From the NCBI GenBank assembly GCA_043732185.1, contig JAYTHY010000123.1, positions 1 to 21,054 on the forward strand: a stretch of DNA of 21,054 nucleotides. The letters are read 5' to 3'. The translations under genes were made by a program, and so were the position numbers. Position 1 is the first letter of the stretch. Each line of letters opens with the position of its first letter. The notes beneath the pieces were generated by a model that saw only the letters and a list, made by a program, of their open reading frames with translations, did no database searches and was not told the origin of the DNA. This document shows positions 7,619 through 15,427 of the stretch, piece by piece. Source of the stretch: Fibrobacteria bacterium (GTDB lineage Bacteria > Fibrobacterota > Fibrobacteria > UBA11236).

Positions 7619-9886
7619 ATGTGGCATAATTGGATTCCGTGGAAGTACATATTGCGGTCCGTAGCCCAAAAAAAAGGCTTCATAGACCCGATTTCCGTTC
7701 TGGCTCGATTCAACGCCGTGTCTCAGCCCACTCAAACTGTGGCACCGATGGAGCTTCTGAGGGCAGGAATGGTTCTGCACGCCCGCGGATTCATCAATAA
7801 TAATTTTATCCAACATAATTTGGATTGGGTTTGGCCCTTCTGGGTACACAAGCAGTTTAACCCACGCGATCCCGCCTTTATTCCACGAGCCTTTGCCTTA
7901 ACGCATATAAATCTCACGCAGAGGAATTGGACCGCAGTTGGCTACCCGGAAAGCCCGGAAACGCCAATAGTGGATGGGCGTGGATTGTTGATGCCTTTTT
8001 TCGACAGTTGGTCTTTAGACGCCTGGTTCATGGCGGACAACGGCGAGGCGCTGATCCCGAGTAGAATGGAAAAGGCGTCACAAAAGTTAGAGATGGACGG
8101 CAATCTTCGCGTTACCACGGAATTTGAGAAAACGGGAATGCATTTGAAAATGTGCGCGGAAGTGGTCGTGGAGGACGGTGTTCCTACGTGCCTCTTACGC
8201 CTCAGAGCCGCTTCGGACATTTCCGGCTGGCTGGTAGGATCAATACGTCCTTACAATCCAGAAGGCGTCAGTTTTGTGAATAGGATTGCCATGTTGGAAG
8301 AGGTCCGCGGATGGAGTATCAACGGAGTGCATCAGGTGCATTTTTCCCGACCTCCGGATAAACACACATTATCTGATTATCGTGACGGTGATGTTTTCCT
8401 GTCGCTGAAGTCCGGTGGGTTTATGGGCAGGGACAAAGTGGAATGTCAGGTGGGTATGGCTACCGGCGCCGCATTATACCGCGTACAGGCAGGGGGAGAG
8501 TCCGAGGTAACATTAAAGGTACCTTTGATAAACTCCCATAAATTAGAGAAGTTTACTTTTAAAGCCGAGGAAAAATGGAGCGAAGCGAATGGCGCCGGTG
8601 TCGATTTTTCCGGAGGCTCGGGTAGTTTTCAATTTCTTTTTGCCGCGGCGAAATCTACGGTTTTGCTGTTGTCCCCCGGCGAGGTATACGCGGGACCCTA
8701 TACCTACAAACGGTTCTGGTATCGTGATGCAGCTATTATTCTGCATGCTCTCATGTGCGCCGGACACCGCCAACTGTCGGAAAAAATCCTCGATTACTTT
8801 ATCGACCATCAATCGGCGAACGGTTATTTCCGTTCTCAAGAAGGCGAATGGGATTCCAATGGGCAAGTGCTTTGGGCCTTGGGCCGGTATTGCCGACTGT
8901 TCCATGTCATTCCAAAACCAGAATGGGTGGCGGCCATTCGCAAGGCCGTGCAATGGATCATTCATAAACGGTTGAAGCCGGATTCCGGAAAACGACATTC
9001 GGAACTTTTACCAGCTGGTTTTAGCGCCGAACATTTGGGTCCGAATGACTATTACTATTGGGATGATTTTTGGACCATCAGCGGTTTGCGTTTGGCTGAG
9101 GAAATGCTTTCCCAAACCGGAAATTCGGAAACGGCCGTTCAAGCGGGCCAAGAAGCGGAATTGCTGAGCAAGGCTGTGGATAAAAGTCTGGAAATGGTTT
9201 GCACTGCCATAAATTCCGTGGCCATGCCCGCTTCTCCCTATCGACGGCTGGACAGTGGAGCTGTAGGTTCTGTGGTTGTTGGCTTTCCCCTCCAGTTATG
9301 GCCGTCCCGTGACCCAAGGTTGCTCGCCACTTTGGAATTTCTTTATGGGCATTGCTTTGTTAAAGACGCGTTCTATCACGACATCAGTCATTCGGGCATC
9401 AACCCCTATCTCAGCTTGCATATCGCTCAGTGCCTGCTCAGAGCGGGAGATCCTCGCTTCCAGAAAATAATGGAGTCTATCGCAAGTTTGGCAACGCCAA
9501 CGGGACAATGGCCCGAAGCCATCCATCCCCAATTGGGAACCGGTTGCATGGGCGATGGCCAACATGCTTGGGCTGCAGCGGAATGGATTATGATGGTGCG
9601 CAATTGTTTTCTGTTCGAAGAAGAATTTTCGGACAAACTTATTTTAGGCGCTGGACTCAACCCGGACTGGTGTGAAGGAGGTAAGCCCGCATCGTTTGGC
9701 CCTGCCCCCACCCGTTTTGGCCTGGTAACTGTAACCTTGCAAGTTACCGGTGATGAGGTAGAATTGCGTTGGTCCGGAAATTGGTTTGCTAAACCACCGG
9801 AAATCGAGGTGCGGTTTCCCGGACACGGATGGGTGGCAATTAGCAAAGAGCCGCATCGCCACGTGTATCAAAAGGTAAGAATGTGA
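7619..9886 (+). CDS. Six-hairpin glycosidase-like protein (GH15/GDE-like (alpha/alpha)6 domain with N-terminal beta domain)
   Basis: 755 aa, no signal peptide. YKRFWYRDAA (WxRD motif of six-hairpin glycosidases), EWDSNGQVLWAL, SAEHLGPNDYYYWDDFW, GQWPEAIHP...GDGQHAWAAAE. Confidence 0.72.
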   Translation: MWHNWIPWKYILRSVAQKKGFIDPISVLARFNAVSQPTQTVAPMELLRAGMVLHARGFINNNFIQHNLDWVWPFWVHKQFNPRDPAFIPRAFALTHINLTQRNWTAVGYPESPETPIVDGRGLLMPFFDSWSLDAWFMADNGEALIPSRMEKASQKLEMDGNLRVTTEFEKTGMHLKMCAEVVVEDGVPTCLLRLRAASDISGWLVGSIRPYNPEGVSFVNRIAMLEEVRGWSINGVHQVHFSRPPDKHTLSDYRDGDVFLSLKSGGFMGRDKVECQVGMATGAALYRVQAGGESEVTLKVPLINSHKLEKFTFKAEEKWSEANGAGVDFSGGSGSFQFLFAAAKSTVLLLSPGEVYAGPYTYKRFWYRDAAIILHALMCAGHRQLSEKILDYFIDHQSANGYFRSQEGEWDSNGQVLWALGRYCRLFHVIPKPEWVAAIRKAVQWIIHKRLKPDSGKRHSELLPAGFSAEHLGPNDYYYWDDFWTISGLRLAEEMLSQTGNSETAVQAGQEAELLSKAVDKSLEMVCTAINSVAMPASPYRRLDSGAVGSVVVGFPLQLWPSRDPRLLATLEFLYGHCFVKDAFYHDISHSGINPYLSLHIAQCLLRAGDPRFQKIMESIASLATPTGQWPEAIHPQLGTGCMGDGQHAWAAAEWIMMVRNCFLFEEEFSDKLILGAGLNPDWCEGGKPASFGPAPTRFGLVTVTLQVTGDEVELRWSGNWFAKPPEIEVRFPGHGWVAISKEPHRHVYQKVRM

Positions 9887-11175
9887 AGATTTTGATCATG
9901 ACCAACACCTACCGTCCTTTTACCGGGGGCGTACCGCGTTCCATTGACACCTTTGCCGGCCAATACCGTAAGCTAGGGCATAAGGTCAAAATCGTAGCGC
10001 CGGAATTTGATGGACAAGAAGAGGAAGTAGACGTAATTCGTGTCCCTGCTTTAAAACATTTTAATGGCACAGAATTCAGCGTGCAGTTGCCGGTTCCGTT
10101 TTACCTGTCGGAATTTCTAGCTGATTTCAAACCGGATGTGATCCATTCTCAGCATCCATTTTTGTTGGGCAATACGGCATTGCGATTGGCCGTAAATTTG
10201 GAAATCCCCCTAATCTATACCTTTCACACCTTCTACGAGCATTATCTCCATTACGTCCCTGGAGGGGAAAACGAAGCCATGAAGCGCTTTGTCACGACCA
10301 TGGTGGCCGGCTATGCAAATCTTTGCGACCATGTCATTGCTCCCAGTCATTTCGTCGCAGAGGAGTTGCGCAGACGTCAAGTGGTGAAACCCATCGATAT
10401 CATTCCAACCGGTGTGGATGTAGTGGGCATTGCTAAGGGGAATGGACCTGCCTTTAGGAAGAAATACGGCATTCCGTTAGACGCCTTTACTGTTGGCTTT
10501 GTTAGCCGCCTGGCACCGGAAAAAAACCTGACCTTTTTGAGTGATGCCGTGTTGGCGTTTCTGGAAGAAAACCCTAAAGCTTGGTTTCTGGTGGCGGGAA
10601 CCGGCCCCCTGGAAGTTGAATTGAAAAACCGTTACCTGGCATCCGATGTGGGGAATCGTATTATTGTCTTGGGCAACTTAAATGGAAGTGTTCTGCATGG
10701 GCTTTACCATGCCATGGATGTTTTTGCCTTTGCGTCCCAGTCTGAAACCCAAGGACTGGTGATTGCAGAAGCCATGGCTGCCGGAGTTCCTGTGGTTGCA
10801 GTCCGGGCACCGGGCGTAGAAGACGTGGTTCGGGATGAATTTAACGGAAGACTTTTATCTAGGGAAAATCAAATTGAGTTCACGCATGCGCTAGCGTGGG
10901 TGGCTGCGCTGACTAAGGAGAAAGGTGCGTTATTAAAATCCAACGCACTTAAAACCGTAGAGGAATTTTCAGATACGGCATGCGCCCGTAAAGTCTTGGC
11001 GCTCTTTCAGACTGCCCGTCGGGAATCCAAAGCTTTGCACGAACATGAAAACGCATGGGACGAATTTAAGAACATTGTATCTGCGGAGTGGAACCTGATT
11101 GCGAATCTTGGTCGAGCGGCTGGAAGTGCATGGGCTGAATCCGCCGCGGAAAATTCAAAAGAACAAATACTCTGA
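9883..11175 (+). CDS. GT4 glycosyltransferase (diacylglycerol glucosyltransferase-like subfamily)
   Basis: 430 aa, GTG start overlapping upstream stop (GTGA). MKILIMTNTYRPFTGGV, DVIHSQHPFLLG, YTFHTFYEHYLHY, FVSRLAPEKN, ASQSETQGLVIAEAMAAGVPVV. Confidence 0.92.
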   Translation: MKILIMTNTYRPFTGGVPRSIDTFAGQYRKLGHKVKIVAPEFDGQEEEVDVIRVPALKHFNGTEFSVQLPVPFYLSEFLADFKPDVIHSQHPFLLGNTALRLAVNLEIPLIYTFHTFYEHYLHYVPGGENEAMKRFVTTMVAGYANLCDHVIAPSHFVAEELRRRQVVKPIDIIPTGVDVVGIAKGNGPAFRKKYGIPLDAFTVGFVSRLAPEKNLTFLSDAVLAFLEENPKAWFLVAGTGPLEVELKNRYLASDVGNRIIVLGNLNGSVLHGLYHAMDVFAFASQSETQGLVIAEAMAAGVPVVAVRAPGVEDVVRDEFNGRLLSRENQIEFTHALAWVAALTKEKGALLKSNALKTVEEFSDTACARKVLALFQTARRESKALHEHENAWDEFKNIVSAEWNLIANLGRAAGSAWAESAAENSKEQIL

Positions 11176-11183
11176 AGGTTTCC

Positions 11184-11810
11184 CTAGCCGGATTTTTCCG
11201 ATGCTCTCACCAATGCAAGATAATTTCGAGTTGCTCTTTTAGAAATCAGGGCCATACCGATCAGGGCCACAACTCCTGCCGCGAGCGCAACTCCCCGGAC
11301 TAATGGATCCCGGAGAGTATTTTGATTCGCCAGCCCACTGAAGTCCTGGATCAGGGAACCAAGATATACCAGTGTAATGGAAAGGGGAAGGATCCCTAAA
11401 AACGTGCCCCTTAAAAAGGCCGAGAATGGGTATCCGATGGCGCCGAATATATAATTTGAAATTTTAAAGGGGAATAAGGGAGTCATGCGTGTTATGGCAA
11501 TGAATTTCCAGCCTTCCTCCGCCAGGGTGGTATTGAGTATTCCGAGTTTTGGATGTTTCAATAAGTAGCGGATAACCCAGGATTTTAAAAACCATCTTCC
11601 CAGGAAGAATGCCAAGCAAGCACCCAGCGTTTGGCCGACAACAAACAAAACAGATCCCTTAACCACCCCGAACAGGAATCCTCCCCCAACGGTTAGAAAA
11701 AGCCCAGGAAGCAGCAGGACTCCACCAAGTGCTACGCAAGCACAATATACCGCATAACCCAAGAGGCCTAGGTGTTCGATTGCAAGTATAAGATGTTCTA
11801 GCTGACCCAT
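11184..11810 (-). CDS. TVP38/TMEM64 (DedA/VTT superfamily) membrane protein
   Basis: Hydrophobic 208 aa from ATG 11810 (TTG 11822 alternative). LPGLFLTVGGGFLFG...GQTLGACLAFFLGR, GWKFIAITRMTPLFPFKISNYIFG, GTFLGILP. Confidence 0.9.
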   Translation of the reverse strand: MGQLEHLILAIEHLGLLGYAVYCACVALGGVLLLPGLFLTVGGGFLFGVVKGSVLFVVGQTLGACLAFFLGRWFLKSWVIRYLLKHPKLGILNTTLAEEGWKFIAITRMTPLFPFKISNYIFGAIGYPFSAFLRGTFLGILPLSITLVYLGSLIQDFSGLANQNTLRDPLVRGVALAAGVVALIGMALISKRATRNYLALVRASEKSG

Positions 11811-11995
11811 GTTTCCAGTCAATATAATCGTTGGCAGAAGCAGGTTCCACCCCTGAGTTTGATCCTGGAAAAACCGAGCCGTTTTGACAATAAAAAATGG
11901 AGCTTTTTAGACGCTTCCTGGTATTTAACTATGGACACAGACTTCTATTAATTTGTTTTTATAGAGAGAATTCCAGCCTTTATAAAGGAGAAAAA

Positions 11996-13216
11996 ATGAG
12001 CCAGGTCAAGCCGATAAGCCAAGTCCCCATGCAGTTTGAAACACGTCTCAATAAGAAGTTGATAGAGAGCCTAATCGAGACCAAAGCGGAATGGCGCGTT
12101 TCAGAATTCCGGCTTTCCCTTTATATTCCATTGGAAAAATCGTCGAATAATTTGCGGGAGGTGCACATTCAACTTGGCAATCTTAAGCGGAAAGCCCTGT
12201 TGGAATTGGAGCGACGGGAAGTCTCACCAGAAGACCAAGAAGAACTATTGGCCCCTGTGGAAAGGGTCATGCTAGAAACCGAGGCGTCGCGTTTTCGGGG
12301 AAAAGGTTTGGCCATTTTTTCTGGTAAAGGGTTTTCATCAATCCTGCTTTTATCCAAATCGCCTCCGGTTTTAATGGAAATCGACACGCATTTCAAACTC
12401 GATTATATTCTTCCCTTGTCCGTTGATCGGGAGCGATATTATCTGCTTGGTCTCAGTCTTCACTCAGTACGATTATGGGATTGTGATGGAGTATCCATGC
12501 ACGAGATACCTCTCACAGGAACTGAAACCAATATTCAAAAAACACCGCATTTCCAAGAATCCAATGGGCAAGTCTCTTTTCACACCAACTCCAATCCTGG
12601 TTCTGGAGGACATGGGTCCGCTTATTTTGGATATGGAAGCGGCCAAGGAGATGGAAAATTGATGAAGCAGGAAATCCAGCATTTCTTCCAAGCTATCGAT
12701 CATGGCGTCCATTCAATGCTGTCCAAAAAGAACCTGCCGCTCGTCCTGGCCGGAGTGGGCTATTTATTGCCCATATATCGTGAAGTCAGTAAATATCCAC
12801 AGTTAATAGCAGAAGAAATTATCGGTAACCCGGATTCTCAGGATAAAATTGAAGACTTACATGGCCGCGCAAACTCCCTTTTCCAACACCTGGAAAAAGA
12901 GGAGTGCAATCGGGCTACGCATATTTTTAAGGAAAACCTTGCTACGGGACGTGGTGCGTCCGGTGTAACTGATGTAGTTCCTTCGGCATTCTATGGACGT
13001 CTCACCCACTTATTCCTGGAAGCGGGAAAAGTGCAGTGGGGAATATTTGATAAGGCCAGTGGAAAAATAAACCTCCAGAATTCCTATGTTCCCGGAGCCG
13101 TAGATTTGGCTAATTTGGCTTGCGTGCATGCCCTTCTCCATGGGGGAAAGGTTTATGCCCTGACTCGGGAAGAAATGCCCAATAACGGCGACTTCGCCGC
13201 GCTATGTCGCAATTGA
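11996..13216 (+). CDS. Bacterial archaeo-eukaryotic release factor-like protein (baeRF7/baeRF3-like)
   Basis: Start re-picked to ATG 11996 (AAGGAG at 11985-11990), 406 aa. LSLYIP, GKGLAIF, YYLLGLSLHSVRLW, Gly-rich loop AYFGYG, FFQAIDHGV, PLVLAGVGYLLPIYREVSKYP, IIGNPD, SAFYGRLTHLF, DLANLA...ALLHGGKVY...MP...AALCR. Confidence 0.8.
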   Translation: MSQVKPISQVPMQFETRLNKKLIESLIETKAEWRVSEFRLSLYIPLEKSSNNLREVHIQLGNLKRKALLELERREVSPEDQEELLAPVERVMLETEASRFRGKGLAIFSGKGFSSILLLSKSPPVLMEIDTHFKLDYILPLSVDRERYYLLGLSLHSVRLWDCDGVSMHEIPLTGTETNIQKTPHFQESNGQVSFHTNSNPGSGGHGSAYFGYGSGQGDGKLMKQEIQHFFQAIDHGVHSMLSKKNLPLVLAGVGYLLPIYREVSKYPQLIAEEIIGNPDSQDKIEDLHGRANSLFQHLEKEECNRATHIFKENLATGRGASGVTDVVPSAFYGRLTHLFLEAGKVQWGIFDKASGKINLQNSYVPGAVDLANLACVHALLHGGKVYALTREEMPNNGDFAALCRN

Positions 13217-13229
13217 TTCAACTCCCATT

Positions 13230-14600
13230 TCAAAAGAAGACCTCCGCTGTGATTTGAATTTGCGTTGCTTGTTTTGACAGGGTGTATTCCCTGTCAATGG
13301 GACCGGCAAATCCATTCACTGACAGCGTCATGCCAAAATTGTTCAGATTGCGGTAGCCGAGGGTGGTGGAGAGCATCGCACAATTTTGATTTAAATTTCC
13401 GATCGCGTTGAAGGAAAGCGTCATATCGGAAAGGATGAAACGGCTTAAGCTGGTGAAAAAAGCCACGTAATGCCGGGAGTATGAATTCGGTTCATAAGCG
13501 CCATTCTTTGATGCCAAGGCAAGCGCTTCCACTGGGGAAAATCCTGCGAGCTCCGCTTGTCGCATCAGGTCCGCAAACGGCATCTTCCTGTTTTCGGAGC
13601 CTGGTTCATTGAAGTAGTATTCCACGACAGAAGTAACCCGGTTCGGAATCCCGGACATGGAAAAGCTTCGACCCAGGCCAACCGCCATCCGTGACTGCCA
13701 CTTCTCCTCCTTGCGACCAGGACTGGGAATGCCATTATTAAAAAGCAAAGTCTGGGTCTGAAACACTTGATATAACGCGGCCTCCAAAGTGACATCAAGT
13801 CCTAGAACTCGGGAAGAAAGATCCGCTCCATATACAGGATCGCGATGGCCGCCGTCCCATGCCATTAGTGCCAACTCGGTTCGTTTTATGAGAAACTCCG
13901 CCTTCACGGCTCCGGAAACACTGTCGAGGCGAGATACACCATCCACGTCTAGAAATCCATATAAATTGACGGCAGTGCCAAATGGCACTTGAACCTTGGC
14001 GCCATAAACACCTTCTCGGCCACCGATGCGACGGAAAAAAGATTTATGCTCTACATTGATCAAATCGGTTGGATTGAAGAACCAGCCTCGACCCCATTGA
14101 AGCACCTGTTTTCCCATTCTTAGCCATATTTTGTGATGGATATTGGCATCCAAAAAAGTTTCTGGTACGTGGAATTTCGTACTGGAATCGTCCGTCTTTC
14201 CGGCGTTTAAGGACCATTCGAGATCTGCAAATGCTCTGAACCCTTCCCGCATTCTTATATCCAACAAGGCAGTTCCAACTGCGCCAGAATTGAGGAAAGA
14301 TTGTTCCACATCCCAATCAGAAAAATATGCGCGATTTTGTGTAGGCTGCGTATAGGTGAGAATACTTCCTGAAAGCCCTACGGATTTAGGGTTTGGATTG
14401 GCGGCATTTTGATCATGGAAATGGATAGAGGAGTCTACCACGGTATTGGAATCCGAAAACAACTCGTTTTCTTCCGGGGAGTTTTCCGGGGATTTTTTCT
14501 GAGAGGTTACGGGGAGACCCACATTTTCCGAAATTGCCAAGGTAAAGGCCAGCAGTATCAAAATCAAAAACCTGAATCGAATTCCAACCTCGCTTTTCAT
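13230..14600 (-). CDS. Putative outer-membrane beta-barrel protein, last gene of Lol-like export operon
   Basis: 456 aa; N-terminal signal peptide, ETFLD...LRMGKQVLQWGRGWFFNPTDLIN, amphipathic beta strands, C-terminal QIQITAEVFF ending in Phe; ATGA overlap with upstream gene. Confidence 0.75.
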   Translation of the reverse strand: MKSEVGIRFRFLILILLAFTLAISENVGLPVTSQKKSPENSPEENELFSDSNTVVDSSIHFHDQNAANPNPKSVGLSGSILTYTQPTQNRAYFSDWDVEQSFLNSGAVGTALLDIRMREGFRAFADLEWSLNAGKTDDSSTKFHVPETFLDANIHHKIWLRMGKQVLQWGRGWFFNPTDLINVEHKSFFRRIGGREGVYGAKVQVPFGTAVNLYGFLDVDGVSRLDSVSGAVKAEFLIKRTELALMAWDGGHRDPVYGADLSSRVLGLDVTLEAALYQVFQTQTLLFNNGIPSPGRKEEKWQSRMAVGLGRSFSMSGIPNRVTSVVEYYFNEPGSENRKMPFADLMRQAELAGFSPVEALALASKNGAYEPNSYSRHYVAFFTSLSRFILSDMTLSFNAIGNLNQNCAMLSTTLGYRNLNNFGMTLSVNGFAGPIDREYTLSKQATQIQITAEVFF

Positions 14601-15424
14601 TTGCTCAAGTTTTCCAGATACGCCTTAGTGAAAATATCGTTGCTGATGGGATTGGTAGCAATGCCAGAAATGTTCAATTTTGTTTTATTGCCCTTTTCAA
14701 ATTCGTCTATAAATACCTGTTCCACCGGAATATAATGTTCCTTGATAGCCGTATACTTCAAGGAATAGGCCGTTTGCATGAGCGTTCCCGATAGTGAAAA
14801 GCTTTGTTCTTTGAGCACCAGAAAATTATCGCGGCGCACCCAATAGGTTTTGTTTGGATAATCCACATCACGCGCTTTTGCTTTCACTTGCATGCGATAC
14901 ACTGGAATTTTTCCAAGGATTGCTTCTGTAATCATTTCTTTTCCTGTGGAATCGGTTAAGGGAGCATAAAGCTCGGTCAATTTCCGATCCTCGAAATCAT
15001 CCCCTTGGGCATCCGTTCCACCGATATTTTCATCTCGGTTGATATGCTGAAAAGCGCGCGTATTGCGGCGATAAAGCCAAAAATTTTCGCCAACCCTTAA
15101 ATACCCATTGCCCTTGTCTGATTCCGGCCCTGTCATGATGATCAAAAATGATTTGTCGCTATCTCTTCGGTAAAAAAGCATATCGATGTTTTTGATACCC
15201 TGTCCAGTTTTTTGCTGCGTCAGCGATACTGTCGCGGTAATATCCGAACGCATACGAGTATTGGATTCCATTTTAGTTAAAAGGTCAGATCCTTTTGGTT
15301 GAGCCAAGCTAGGGATGATTTGGGCCATGACAAGAAACCATATTAGGGATGTAGAACCAGTCGAAAAGCAGGGTCGAATTTCACACATTATTTTTTTTCC
15401 CCTAAAGGCATTGATTATTCGCAT
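14597..15424 (-). CDS. Outer membrane lipoprotein-sorting protein (LolA-like fold)
   Basis: 275 aa (start uncertain); FLIIMTGPESDKGNGYLRVGENFWLY, IGGTDAQGDDF, DYPNKTYWV, FSLSGTLMQT, IFTKAYLENLSK; operon position after two FtsX permeases. Confidence 0.85.
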   Translation of the reverse strand: MRIINAFRGKKIMCEIRPCFSTGSTSLIWFLVMAQIIPSLAQPKGSDLLTKMESNTRMRSDITATVSLTQQKTGQGIKNIDMLFYRRDSDKSFLIIMTGPESDKGNGYLRVGENFWLYRRNTRAFQHINRDENIGGTDAQGDDFEDRKLTELYAPLTDSTGKEMITEAILGKIPVYRMQVKAKARDVDYPNKTYWVRRDNFLVLKEQSFSLSGTLMQTAYSLKYTAIKEHYIPVEQVFIDEFEKGNKTKLNISGIATNPISNDIFTKAYLENLSK

Positions 15425-15427
15425 CGT

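Noticed and set aside
11884..11913. TTGACA -35 box upstream of the baeRF-like gene
   Set aside because: No acceptable -10 at 16-18 bp spacing.
11897..11995. Upstream ATG for the baeRF-like ORF
   Set aside because: AAGGAG precedes ATG 11996; the extension lies in AT-rich intergenic sequence.
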